Positions 28,736 to 41,801 of a stretch of 64,000 nucleotides of DNA are shown here, in pieces (positions within the stretch are counted from its first letter, which is position 1; every line of letters begins with the position of its first letter). The stretch comes from the human T2T-CHM13v2.0 reference genome, Homo sapiens. Both the position numbers and the translations under genes were made by a program. Location: NCBI RefSeq assembly GCF_009914755.1, contig NC_060930.1; one strand, written 5' to 3'. Under the pieces are notes generated by a model, which did no database searches, was not told the DNA's origin, and worked only from the letters and a program-made list of their open reading frames with translations.

Positions 28736-29554
28736 TCTCCAGGATCTCTGCCTGCTCACCAGGCTGCCTCTTGGAGGTGCCAACAAGAGCCAGTGAGATG
28801 GAATATTCTCTAATCATCAGACACTTTCTTTCTGAAATGAATGATTTAAATCCTTTCAGACCAGCGCCAAGAACAAATTCCAAAGAACCGACTTCCCCTG
28901 TGTCAGATCAATGGGGCTTTGTGTGTCTTTCTTCCGGGGGATGTTTCTAACAAGATATTGAAAAATAATTCTTTGACAGGAGTGCCTGTTTTGTTGCTAC
29001 TTTGAGAGTTGTTTTGATGTTTGTTTCTCAATTTTGCTATAGCTTAATCAGTTTCCAAGAATATTATTTAAGGAAAAACCAGAGAAGAATATTATAGGTA
29101 CATAAAGAAGGGGAAGGGTTTAGACTACTTTTACTTGACCATATCAGATGAAATGTATATTCCACTGGCTAACATACCTTTGAGAAAAGAGGCCAGAATT
29201 TCTATCCCTTCTCTTTATGCAGTAAATTTTTCAACAAGTTAAGGGAAACTAGAATATCATGACTGAGAAAGCCTTTAACAACCTAGGCCTTTATAAAAGT
29301 AAGGCTAAATAAATAATACTTAAAACATCTTCCTAATTTCTATCTGTTAGAAGAAAAAGGAAGAAAAATGCCCACACATATCATCATGGATAGGTTAAAT
29401 CCTCCTGTTTAGTAGAAAACAAGTATATTTAAAAAGTTACCCTTTAATTTCAGATAATATAAGTAGCATCTTAGGCTAATGTGAGAACCTCCTGGCCCAG
29501 GAAACTGTTGGCACTGAACATGACGTGACAGACAAATCTCATGGCTCTAATCTA

Positions 29555-29811
<257 letters not shown>

Positions 29812-30601
29812 TTAGAAGTGTTGAAAGTTCCAATTTCACCAGCACCATTCATGCGGAAGCTTGTAGGACCATAATGCTAAGCAATGCAAACAGGAATGGC
29901 ACACAGAAGGAGAATGGGTACAAATGGAGAGAAAGAGCTAATATTCATTGATACCAGCTAGGCTTATCTTATTAAATCCTCATAACAACTTTGTAGAGAA
30001 ATGAGAATTACCATTTATTGAGCACCCAAGTTCTAAGACCACAGTGGGAGGTTCACATACATTATCCCTTTTTTTACCCTTATTAGGTAAAATAGTACAT
30101 TATCTCTTATTAGGAAATGGAGGCACAGAAAATTTAAATTACCACCATGACAGTCTACAACTACAAATTGGGATGTCTGGATCCAAGCCCAAGTTACCTG
30201 AAACTATCCATTTACTTACTCTTTCCAATAAAAGCATGTGGCCAATCCCTATTCATCTTTTCAATACCAATACTGAGCACATTGGTAGACATACAAAAAG
30301 TGTTCCATAAACAGATGTTGTCTACAACTGGCCCCAAAGGGCAAGCTTTTCCCTCATCCTGTTACACACTGCCTTTCAGAGGACAGAATTTGCTTGAGAT
30401 CTGTTTCGTCTCCTTTGTAACCTAATCAGATTTCATTAGGCATTCAGTTTTGGTTTTTATCTCACAACCAAATCCACTGTAGTTTTTTTCTTTTCCATAA
30501 TGAGTGATGAGTGGAAAAAAGAATGGAAGACAGAAATGAAGGAAAAAAAGATGAAAGGACAGTGGAGAGCAACGTAACTCATACTTTACTAATATACTTA
30601 C

Positions 30602-30709
30602 AGGAACAGCATTAGACAGAGAAGCCCAAAGCAGTAAGAGCCCATAATTGGGTGAGTTTTCCTTACTTGTTTCCGTCTCTACAATATCCAGCGTAGCTTG
30701 CAATAATGT
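30602..30709 (-). CDS. CYP39A1: CYP39A1 exon 6 (108 bp; I-helix)
   Basis: Acceptor AAACAG|ACA; TLLQATLDIVETETSKENSPNYGLLLLWASLSNAVP (CYP7/8/39-type WAS..N I-helix); donor CCT|GTAAGT. Confidence 0.97.
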
Positions 30710-30864
30710 CTGTTTAAAAGAAATAAACATTGCCAAACCATGGCTATGTGACAAATATCGATGTTAATAAACAAGAGATCATGCCTTTTTCTTTAATATG
30801 AAAGATATCATTTCTGCCATTCCCAGGTTTTGCAGTTTGAGGCATGTGAAGGGATTTATGTCCT

Positions 30865-31090
30865 TACTGTAGTATAGTAATTAGGAGTAGGGATTCTGGA
30901 GCTTGACCGCCTCACTGCATTTGTTCAAATCCTGGCTCAGCTATTTAAGAGCTGGATGACCTTGAACAAGCTACTTTAATCTCTCTGTGCCTCTGTGTCC
31001 TCATCCATAAAATGTTCATAATATGGTACCTACCTCGTAGGATTGTTGTGAGAATTAAATGAGTTAGTACCTAAAAAGTGCTTAAAATAA
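30865..31090 (+). mobile_element. MIR
   Basis: ttcaaatcctggctc...tgaccttgaacaag...ctctctgtgcctc...ggattgttgtgagaattaaatgag. Confidence 0.85.
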
Positions 31091-31724
31091 AACCTTTCAG
31101 AGGGTAAAATGCACTTTGGATCTCTACTTTACCAAACTGAATTGGCAAATTGTGTGTTATTATCTCTGCCCTCCACACTGCTCTGGAATCCCTGTCTTAT
31201 AAACCTCTGCTCTTAGCAAAATGCAAGCAATAGAGAAACACACATCTCTGGTGCATTCAGGAGAAAACTACACCCCCATCCACCATACAGATTCTCAGCC
31301 CATTCACCATGGGAGACAGAACTGCCAAGCCAGAATATTACAAATACCACAATACTCTAAAACCATACAGAGAACGGACATTTGACTTGAACAGTGACAG
31401 CTCAGGGCAGGGCCCCATCCAAGGCTACCCATCTCAAGACATGTTGTTCTCAAGTCACCAAACAAATCCCACTAAAGTATTTTCTTCATCGGGCGGTTTC
31501 CCCAGATTTGTCTTTGCCAGTGACGGCTCTCCATCATGGGAAAAAATTCAGACACTGTAACATTTTCATTAAGTTACTCATCTACTTTTAATCTTAAATA
31601 ACTTATGTCTAGGTGATAGAAATAATGGGAGCTAATATCAACTCACTGCTTGCTAAGGGCAAGTACTGTTTTAAGTGTATTGCAAGTATTTAACCCATTT
31701 CACTCCTCACTATAACTCCAAGAT

Positions 31725-32311
31725 GCAGATACTACTATCTTTTTTTTTTATTTTTAAGAAAAGATGTTTACTTGAGAATAGAGCATGGCAATGGGAAAAT
31801 GCATGCAATAGTAAACTATGTGCGTATTCAGAGAGTTAAAGGAAGACAACAATTTTTAAAGGAAAAAATGAGAAGGATTACATAATTGTTGTGCAATCAT
31901 TATTCTTGTCTACAAAGATCAATAACAATATTGGACAGGCCAGGTGCTAGATAGGTGTTCCTGTAGAAGTATTATTGTGTAGGCTGTGATGGTCTTTGTG
32001 CAGGTTTGTGGTTTTTGTAGAGTTTTCTTTTCTTTCTTTTCTAAATCACACATTCAAGCATGAGAACCCTCTCTTCATGACCTTCCCTGGCTCTATTTGT
32101 CAGGTTTTTTTTTTTTCTTAGGTTCAGGGGTACAGTTCAGGTTTGTTCTATAGGTAAAATCGTGTCACAGGAGCTTGTTATAGATTATTTCATCACCCAG
32201 GTACTAAGCCTAATACACAATAATTGTTTTTATCTGTTCCTCTCCCCCCTCCCAATCTCTACCCTCAAATAGGGTCCAGTGTCTGTGGTTCCCCGCAGAT
32301 ACTATTATCTT
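31725..32311 (-). mobile_element. 5'-truncated old L1PA (32118-32294) with transduced ERV1-LTR segment (31756-32104) and second poly(A), inserted in a MIR
   Basis: TSD GCAGATACTA(C/T)TATCTT at 31725-31741 and 32295-32311; MIR sequence continues on both sides. Confidence 0.85.
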
Positions 32312-33215
32312 CACCATTATGCATATGAGGAAACTGAAACACAATAAAGTTAGGGAATTTTGCCAGGGACATATAGCTTGAAGGTGGTTGAGTTAGGATC
32401 CCAACCCTGTGAGTCTAGCCCTGACTCCAGAGCCCATACTCTAAGCCACTATGCTATACTGGCCCCCTTAGAGACACAAATCACAACTCTCTTGTATTAG
32501 GGATTTGGAGAACTGCATTGTACCACAGCATAGTAGCTTTGATTCAGATACTATGACACAGAAAAAAAAAACTATTCAATCACTAGCCTATAAAATACAT
32601 TATAAAATAGAGACTGATGCTATTATTTACTAAAGCATGTAATTTGTCAAGGGATTAACTACTCTAATCCCTAGCTTTCTGGATTTAACATCCTCAGTTT
32701 TCCTTGTATTAAAGTTGTGAAAATAAATAAGAAATTACTTGTGAAATATGTAACACTATGCTTGCCACAAGGTAAGCACCCCAAAAATGTTAGCTAATGT
32801 GTTATTACTGTTTTTGTGATAATGGATTAGCAGAATTGAAAATAGTTTAGATATGAATTTCATTTACTGCTTGTCTCTATTATACTTATAATGTAAGTTG
32901 TCACAGGACAAAGTTTATACCTCATGAAAATCCTATAGATATATTTCATTATTTTGATATTCTATGATACAATAATAATTTTAAATGAAAAACACTAGTT
33001 TAAGATATATCTAAAATAACATGGAAGAAATCACATTTTACATTAATGATGCAATAAAGCGTGTATATATTTTTTAAAAATGAAACTCAACTTCTACCCA
33101 GTCTTCTGCTTCACTAGGCCACTGAAATCTATTTATGCAGTTGAAGACAACAAAATCTTTTAAATTTCTTCTTAGCTCACACTTTTTTTTAATATTAATA
33201 TAAAAACATTAGCTC

Positions 33216-33644
<429 letters not shown>

Positions 33645-33697
33645 TTAAACACTGGATTAGCTTCAGCAGAATTCAAACTTTGTTTTTATTCAAATAA

Positions 33698-34047
33698 TGA
33701 TATGGTTTGGCTACGAAGCCACCAAAATCTCATCTTGAATTCCCACATGTTGTGGTAGGGATCCAGTGGGAGGTAACCGAATCATGGGAGCAGGTCTTTC
33801 TAGTGCTGTTCTCGTGATGGTGAATAAGTCCCATGAGATCTGATGGTTTTACAAAGGGAAGTTTCCCCACACAAGCTCTCTCTCCTTTTGCCTGCCACCA
33901 TCCATGTAAGATGTTACTTGATCCTCCTTGCCTTCCACCATGATTGTGAGGCCTCCCCAGCCATGTGGAACCATTAAACCTCTTTCTTTTGTAAATTGCC
34001 CAGTCTCGGGTATGTCTTTTTCACCAACATGAAAACGGACTAATACA
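33698..34047 (+). mobile_element. THE1B-like solo LTR
   Basis: TGATATGGTTTGG...GGACTAATACA; 5-bp TSD AATAA/AATAG. Confidence 0.92.
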
Positions 34048-34144
34048 AATAGGGAGTTAAGAGTACCTATGATTAAAAATACCTCATTTCTTCAGAGTAA
34101 GAAAAATAAATGCTATTCTAGAGGTATTGTTGGTAGGGAATTTT

Positions 34145-34460
34145 ACTTTTTTTTTCTTTTTGCTTTTTTTTTTTTTTTGAGATGGAGTTTCACTCTGTCA
34201 CCCAGGTTGGAGTGCAGTGGCGCAATCTCGGCGCACCATAACCTCCGCCTCCCAGGTTCAAGCAATTCTCCTGCCTCAGCCTCCTGAGTAGCTGGGATTA
34301 CAGGCGCGCACCACCATGCCAGGCTAATTTTTGTATTTTTAGTAGAGATGAGGTTTCACCATGTTCGCCAGGCTGATCTCGAACTTCTGACCTTAGGTGA
34401 TCCACCCACCTTGGCCTCCCAAAGTGCTGGGATTACAGGCGTGAGCCACAGCACCCAGCC
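34145..34460 (-). mobile_element. AluS
   Basis: Full dimer; degenerate TSD ending GGGAATTTTA on both sides. Confidence 0.95.
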
Positions 34461-35182
34461 TTAGCAGGGAATTTTAACTGGGAATTTAAAAACTCTGTTT
34501 GCTAGGCCCATAGATTACAGATCTATCTCGATACATCTTTTATATACATGTGCTTTTGCCCCTAAGTCCTGGAAAATAATGCAAAGAACATGTGTGTTTG
34601 TCTGGGTTGTTTACACAACAAAAATATTAGCTGAAACACAGTTTGTCAATGAAGGGCCTTCCAGTATGGCTTCCTATTCCCTTTATTCAGGAAGGAGATA
34701 CCTAAACATTCACATAGTCCTTTTTCCTAAGGCCATCTTCCTTTCTAGTTTTAAGCAAAGCTGTTTGTGATAATATTTGCTATTTAACTAAAAACAAACA
34801 AAAACTTTTGATGCCATCTTTAAATATAAAAATGTTTGAAGAGTTTTTTTAAATGATGATAACAATGATAAGCTCCTATCCAGTCCTCTGTTCTCAGTGC
34901 TTTACAAAAATTAAATCATTTAATTCCCACAACTTTATGCGGTGAGGAAACTGAGGCCAAGAGACTAGGTACTGTGCCCAAGGTTACATAACCAGTGACT
35001 GGATTTGAGCCTAGACAGTCCAGACCAAATGAAACCCAGTCTCTGTGGGCAGACCCTGGCCTCAGACAGTTTTCAAAAGCTCCCAGAGTGATTCTAATGA
35101 GAGGCAGAGGTGAGAACCATTCATTAGCAAGCATCTGAACCAAAGGTAAGGCTTGTTAAAGCAGATTGTCTACCTCAGAGGT

Positions 35183-35501
35183 GTTTGTTTGTTTGTTTGT
35201 TTGTTTTTGAGACAGGATTTCGCTCTGTCATCCAGGCTGGAGTGCAGGGGCACAATCAGGGTTTGCTGCAGCTTTCACTTCCCCAGGCTCAAGTGTGATC
35301 CTCCCACCTCAGCCTCCTGAGTAGCCGGTACCACAGGTGTGTGCAACCATGCCTGGCTAATTTTTTATATATATAATTATTTGTAGAGACCAGGTCTTGC
35401 TATGTTGCCCAGGTTGGTCTCGAACTCCTGGGCTTAAGCAATTCTCCTGCGTCGGCCCCCCAAAGTGCTGGGATTACAGGCGTGAGCCACCATGCCTGGC
35501 C
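35183..35501 (-). mobile_element. AluJ inserted in a MER5-type MITE
   Basis: (GTTT)n tail; MER5 halves gcttgttaaagcagattg and cccaggtgatgctg...gaaccac. Confidence 0.88.
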
Positions 35502-36027
35502 TACTGCAGAGTTTCTGACTGAGTCCCAGGTGATGCTGGTGCTGTCGGTTTATGGGCCACATTTGAAGAACCACAGATCTGGAATAACGCTTAGGGCACA
35601 GGTTCCTAGTGCCTGGCTTTTTAAATTATACTATTCTGCTTCCTTGCATCTGAAGAAACAACTAACGGTAGTGGCATCAACAACAAAGCCTATTTTGTAG
35701 AGCTTTGTTTTTCCTAATTTGCCATTAGTTTCACCTGTCGCTATTGACACAGCCAACTGTATGATAACACAGAAATCAATACGGAACATCGGAATTGTAT
35801 TTTTTTGCTCGTTGTCTCTGGTTTTTTCTTATGTGGAATAGGATACCTCTTCTACATAGGTTGTTGTGATGATGTAACAGTGAAATAATGTATCTCAACA
35901 TGTCCAGTACAGTGGTTGACACAAAAATGGTATCTAATCAATCTCATGTGTTTTAGCAAAATATATTTTAACAACAATAATTTATTACTATCTTTACATT
36001 AGCAAAAGAAAGGTAAGAAATACTTAC

Positions 36028-36121
36028 CATGGAATTATCTTTTGCAGATTTACATGCTTTTATATCTGGAATGTTTTTCTCAAACAGTTCCAGGAACCAC
36101 TTTTTGGATTTTGACCAGTTT
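36028..36121 (-). CDS. CYP39A1: CYP39A1 exon 5 (94 bp)
   Basis: Acceptor CATGTAG|A; NWSKSKKWFLELFEKNIPDIKACKSAKDNSM; donor ATG|GTAAGT. Confidence 0.96.
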
Positions 36122-36549
36122 CTACATGAGAAAAAATATATATAGAAATTAATTGGAAAGCACTTTAGGAATAACAGGTCACAGCATAAAAAAGGGATGT
36201 CTGTGGAATTAAAATTAGTTCTCCAAATTTATTCTTCATTTTCAGGTATAATTTCATGGAAGGTCTACCTTCGGAATGATTAGTCCACAAAGACAGCTGG
36301 GGAGGCAGAGCAACTACATTTTAGTGTCTTTTGTAAATAAAACTTTGGAGTCCTACTGGATTGGCACTGAATAAGAAGGCAGAACCCACACTTGCTTGGT
36401 CTGCCTTTACTGTGGCTGCTGTAAGTTGCAGGAGGATGAAAACCCAATGCACAGAACCAATCGCTGACTTAAGCCGGGAAAAACAAACTGGCTCTCATCT
36501 TCTAAATCTTGTCTGAACAGTCACCATTGTAGATGAATGGTCTACGTAG

Positions 36550-36984
36550 GCTATGGTCTGAATGTCTGTGTCTCTCCCAAATCTTTATATGTTGAAATCC
36601 TAACCCCCAAGGTGATGTCATTAGGAGGTGGGGGTCTTTGGATGGTAGCTATGTTCTGAGGCTACAGCCCTCATGAAAAGGAGTACTAACCTTATGAACA
36701 GGGTCTGAGGGAGTCTGTCTGCCCCTTTTACCACATGAGAATGCAGTGAAAAATTGGGAGTCTGCAACCCGGAAGGAGCCCTCACCAGAACATGACCATG
36801 CTGGCCCGCTCATTTCAGACCCCCAGCCTCCAGGGCAATGAGAAATAGCCCTCACCAGAACGTGACCATGCTGGCACCCTCATCTCAGGCCTCCAGCCTC
36901 CAGGGCGATGAGAAATAAATTTCTGTTGTTTATAAGCCTCCCAGTCTATGATACTTTGTTATAGCAACCCATATGGAGAAAGAC
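36550..36984 (+). mobile_element. MLT1A-type MaLR LTR with internal 70-bp duplication
   Basis: gctatggtctgaatgt...gttgaaatcctaacccccaaggtgatg...gagaaataaatttctgttgtttataagc. Confidence 0.88.
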
Positions 36985-37467
36985 ATAGAGCCACTGCCAA
37001 GAAATTTCAAAATCATGCAGTTACTTTGCATGTGCCTCATTTTACAAACATTTGTCTGAACCAACTGTGAGAAATGCATTTAACCACGCCCATGTTTGCC
37101 TCAGAGAGAATGAGGAGCACAGTGTCTGATTCTGAGACTGCTCAGGTTGACGATTTAGCAGGAATCTTAACTGTAGCAATGAGTGCAATAATAAAAAGCT
37201 GTACATGGGATAAAAGACCTCAAAATAAATTCTTAATCCCATCGATCTCTTTCTCTCTTTTGTTTTTGTTCATCACAATAAGAAAAGCATCTCTCTTCCT
37301 TGGTCCTCCTTCAATTCACATACAGACACCAAAAACAAACAGGTCATAAGAAACGGCTTCTCTCCCACTTAAACTGCTGTTACATCTACTTAGAACAGAA
37401 AAATGAGAGGTGTTGAATTGCTGAGATAAGCTTGGTCAATGAATTAATTATAGGAAACAACTGTTAC

Positions 37468-37617
37468 CTTAGAAGACACTCTGGCAACTGGGACCCATAC
37501 TCAAAATCTTCATCATAAACTTGAAAATACTGATGGAACTCCTTGATTTTTTTCTTGTTTGTGGAAAACAAACTTTTATTAAAGAGCATATTCACTGTGA
37601 CTGGATAAAGGAGATGT
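37468..37617 (-). CDS. CYP39A1: CYP39A1 exon 4 (150 bp)
   Basis: Acceptor TTTGTAG|A; HLLYPVTVNMLFNKSLFSTNKKKIKEFHQYFQVYDEDFEYGSQLPECLL(R); donor AG|GTAACA. Not in the ORF track; translated by hand. Confidence 0.96.
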
Positions 37618-38950
37618 CTACAAAGACAGAAACACACAAAAAGTCAGACCCGAAGACCAAAGAAGAAAGGCAAAGGATACAAAGCAAGGCATTATTTCAT
37701 AGCAATATATGGGGAGCAGATAATAGGTGACAGATTCTCTTGGGAAAAAGTCACTCTTAAGAAGTTTTGATATTTGCTTACTGTGGTCAAGATAATACAG
37801 GGGGAACTGAAACTGTGGTTTGATTTATCTGAAGATATTTAAATGCTTTCTAAACAAGCTTATTAGACTCTGACAAATATGAGATAATAAATAAACTGAT
37901 CTAATACAATTCAACAATAATTTATTTAGCAAATAATAGTAGCTAAGATATAGTCCATGCCTTTAGACAGCAACAACAACAATAACAACAACAACAACAA
38001 CAAAGATTCAGGGCAATATTAGTCACCAAATTCCCTAATTTCTCACAGGATCCCATAAATTCAAACTATTGCCCATTGAAATATAGTACATATCATCAAT
38101 AAGTTTTACCATTAAGAGAATAAAGTGATTACTGTAGCATACTTAAGATAAAGAATATAAAATATTGTTAACATGCCTTAAAACACTTAATACTGTTTAT
38201 TTAATTTTTATTTACCATCCCTTCATAATTTCCTCCACCCAAAGTTTTAAAAATATCCAAGAATATTTTGTTCATTTCAATATCTTCATTTTGTTATAGA
38301 TATTGGGTATGCTTCAGCACATTTTTAAATTTGGTTGTTTTTGTGTCCCCCCTCCACCCCCTACTACTGGACCTCTAACAAAATGTTCACTGTCATTCTG
38401 AGTCTGAACTGCTCAATCTTGCCTTGGGCATTCCAGGATTCCTGCTGAGATGGCAAAGTGACTCAGGTAACTTCAACTTACGAAATCTCTTTATGCATGT
38501 GGGAAATTTTCTCATGTCTCCCATGCCCAGACTTTAACTTTTCCAGAAAGCTTCAGAATGGGGCTGACTCCGTCTGCTGCTCTTCCCTGTCTCTTGGGAT
38601 CTCCCTTAATAGAGGACCCTGGGGCTCAGTCCTGAGGCCCACACTGACTTTGCCTGAGCCACTTGTTAAGTAACACAAACATCTCCTGGACTTTTTTCAC
38701 CACTTTATGATTCCATTCTCTCCCCTATCCTCTCAACGTCCTCTCATTCTAATAATAGCAAATTGCACTGAATGTTTTATCAAAATTCTACAGGAAGTAT
38801 GAAAATTATAAGAAGAAAATCCGTGTAGTTTATACACAAATGTATGGAATGACTAAGGATAAATTACTGCAAATGTATTACAATGACTGTATTGGCTTGT
38901 TTGCTCACCATAAAATAGAAATGCTAAACTGAATTAGAATTTAAAAGATT

Positions 38951-38984
38951 GGTGACAGAGCGAGACTCTATCTCAAAAAAAAAT
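38951..38984 (+). mobile_element. Extremely 5'-truncated Alu (24 nt plus A-tail) with 13-bp TSD
   Basis: AATTTAAAAGATT at 38938-38950 and 38985-38997. Confidence 0.9.
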
Positions 38985-39132
38985 AATTTAAAAGATTAAA
39001 ATAATCTCTTAATAGCCTAGTTAGGTAGATTTCATTAATCAACCTGACAATGTTTGAAGTCCAATCTATAGGTTTCAATTTTTTTATTTAAAACAAAAAG
39101 CAAGACTAAATCATACTAATGCGTCTATTTAC

Positions 39133-39307
39133 CTTACTAAGTTGTTCAGGTCCATTGTCCCATGAGTGCCTAAATTCTCCAGTTGTTCATGTAATTCTTC
39201 AGTCAGTTGCCCAGTAAACTGATGGAGATTGACAGTCCCCATTTTCCCTTTCAACATAATATAGAGTTTTTCATGCAGTGCTAAAAAGACATTCTTTGGA
39301 ATTGATG
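39133..39307 (-). CDS. CYP39A1: CYP39A1 exon 3 (175 bp)
   Basis: Acceptor CATAG|CA; (A)SIPKNVFLALHEKLYIMLKGKMGTVNLHQFTGQLTEELHEQLENLGTHGTMDLNNLV(R); donor AG|GTAAAT. Confidence 0.97.
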
Positions 39308-39470
39308 CTATGAACAAAGAAAACTATTTTCAAAATAAGCAACAACTCCTTGAAACACACAGTCAATATATATCTACTATTATTTGGTCAGCAGGGACTA
39401 CAGCCAAAGTCCTCTCAGTACATAAGGTCACCTCCCATAAATAAAAGTAGATAAAGATTCAACCTATTCT

Positions 39471-39768
39471 CGACTGAGTGTGGTGGCTCACAACTGTAAT
39501 CCCAGAACTTTGGGAGAACAAGGCAGGTGGATCACTTGAGGTCAGAAGTTCCAGACCAGCCTGACCAACATGGTGAAACCCTGTCTCTACTAAAAATAGG
39601 AAAATTAGCCGGCTGTGGCGGGCACCTGTAATCCCAGCTACTGGGGAGGCTGAGGCAGAAGAATCGCTTGAACCCAGGAGTTGGAGTCGCAGTGAGCCAA
39701 CATCACACCACTGCACTCCAGCCTGGGTGACAGAGAGAGACTTTATCTCAAAACAAACAAATAAAAAA
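39471..39768 (+). mobile_element. AluS
   Basis: TSD AAGATTCAAC(C/G)TATTCT. Confidence 0.95.
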
Positions 39769-40243
39769 GATTCAACGTATTCTGTGAGATGATGGAAATC
39801 TATTCACTTTAAGGGATAATCTATAAATGGGTGATTAAGAGAGCTGGTATTTTCAGCCCTTCTCCCTCAAAATCTACAGTCCAGATACATTAAAAACATA
39901 TTTTACATATCCCAGCATTTCAGAGGCTGTTCTGTCTGCTCAGAATGTTCTCTCCTTTATTATACCCATATCTACTCCCACCCAATCCCACACACTTATA
40001 CCTATGAGCCTCAAACTTCTCCTGCAAATTTCTATTTGTCCTTCAAGTGTCTTCTTGAACACTACTTCCACCAGGAGGCCTTTCCTAACCCCATGAATAG
40101 CTTTGAGCCCACTATTTTCTTTATGTTAGTATTCGTGCTCCTTCTATAACACACATTCCTAATTAGAAATTGTGGTTTATTGTTTACTCATTTCTTTATA
40201 TTTTTATTTTATCTTGTTTTATTGACCTTGAAGTAACTTTTTC

Positions 40244-40458
40244 TGTTTTAAAAAAATTTTGAATTTTATTTTAGATTCAAAGGGTACATGTGCAGGTTTG
40301 TTATACAAGTATATTGTGTTATGCTGAGGTTTGGGGCATGATTAATCCCATCACTCAGGTAATGAGCACAGTACTCAATAGTTAGTTTTTCAACCTTTGC
40401 CCCCTGCCGCCCACCCCCCTCCCTCTAGTAGTCCCCTGTGTCCATTGTTGTCATTTTA
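40244..40458 (-). mobile_element. Truncated old L1PA 3' end with 16-bp TSD
   Basis: gggtacatgtgcaggtttgtta; TTGAAGTAACTTTTTC at 40228-40243 and 40459-40474. Confidence 0.88.
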
Positions 40459-41801
40459 TTGAAGTAACTTTTTCAAAGAATAAGTTTTAATTTTGTATTT
40501 CGTCATCCTATTACGTGTAAGATACATTTTGTGTAAGTTAATGAAAAACAGTTTTTAGATTTCCTGAGCATACATCTTCTCTATGTTACCATACCAGTAT
40601 AGTATGTATACTATGCTACTATACATATACTATGCTGGTATGTATAGTATGCTACTATACATCTTCTGTATGTATAGTAGCATACATCTACTATATGGGA
40701 GGGATGGGAAGCTGACTCAAGAATAAATATTAATATATTTCATCTGTTCAATGAAATATTTAAACATGAAAGTCCCCAGAGGAGGCTCAGGTGAAAAAAA
40801 CTCAATCATTTCCATACACCTCTGATAGGTAACTTAGTAAATTTTTCTGAAGGGATACGCGACTCTACAGATCAAAGGCCTTCAAAATATTTATATTATT
40901 TGATCTAAAATTCCATAGTCCAAGTATCAAGAAGCACTAAATAATCAAATAATTTCACCAACAGGTTGTGATGATCATGCATACAAGAAGAAAAAATATA
41001 TATAATTCTATTGATTACTGGTAGCTTTTAAAACAAACTTTCTTGTCTTAATGGCAAGAAATGCACAAAAGGTTACATGAAAAGGAACCAAAGAAGAAAA
41101 AAGGGAAACAGAGAGAAAGAAGCCACAGAGAATAGAAGCAAGCAAAAACATTGTGAAAGCACAAAAAAGAACCAGACACAAATTGAACCAGCTCTGCGTT
41201 CCAGGGAGGACACATGGCCCCAGTACACACAATTGCAGCCTAGGAAGAAATGAAGGCAGACAGCCATACTGGAAGCATGCTGACTGTACAATCTGGTAGT
41301 CTCTGAAGATGGAGGATTTGTGAAAGGGCAAGTCAAGCTCCCATTGACCATAACAGCCCTATAAAATTTGTCAGGAAATGCCACTGTAAAGGATTTACTA
41401 AGCCATGGAATTCTAGTTTCAGGGACTGAGTAACATGTAACCAGTCCAAGAGCTGTACCCTGTAGAACACTGTATACACAGCAGTGGAACAGAGTTAGTG
41501 ACATCTTGGAAGCTGTAACATGATACAGATTCCAAATATTCTCTAAAGAAAACATCAATGAGGTAACCTTATCACTTTCACGTGTCTAATTCAAATCTAA
41601 ATGTATTAGGCTGCCATTCATTTGCATTTCAATGGCCAAACTATTCTACCCATAACTCTTTCCTCTTCTACCCATACCTCAAGAATAAAATAATGGACCC
41701 TCATCATTCTTGATAGAGGAATGAGGATGTAATTTTTACCTAAAACTACTCCTGGATTCCAATGTTGGATTTCGAATGGACTATCTGAAAATATTCTTTA
41801 C

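Noticed and set aside
41073-41558. 161-aa minus-strand ORF in CYP39A1 intron 2, with overlapping 107- and 60-aa ORFs
   Set aside because: F/L/C/S-rich translation of a T-rich strand; no recognisable domain, and not needed for the CYP39A1 reading frame.
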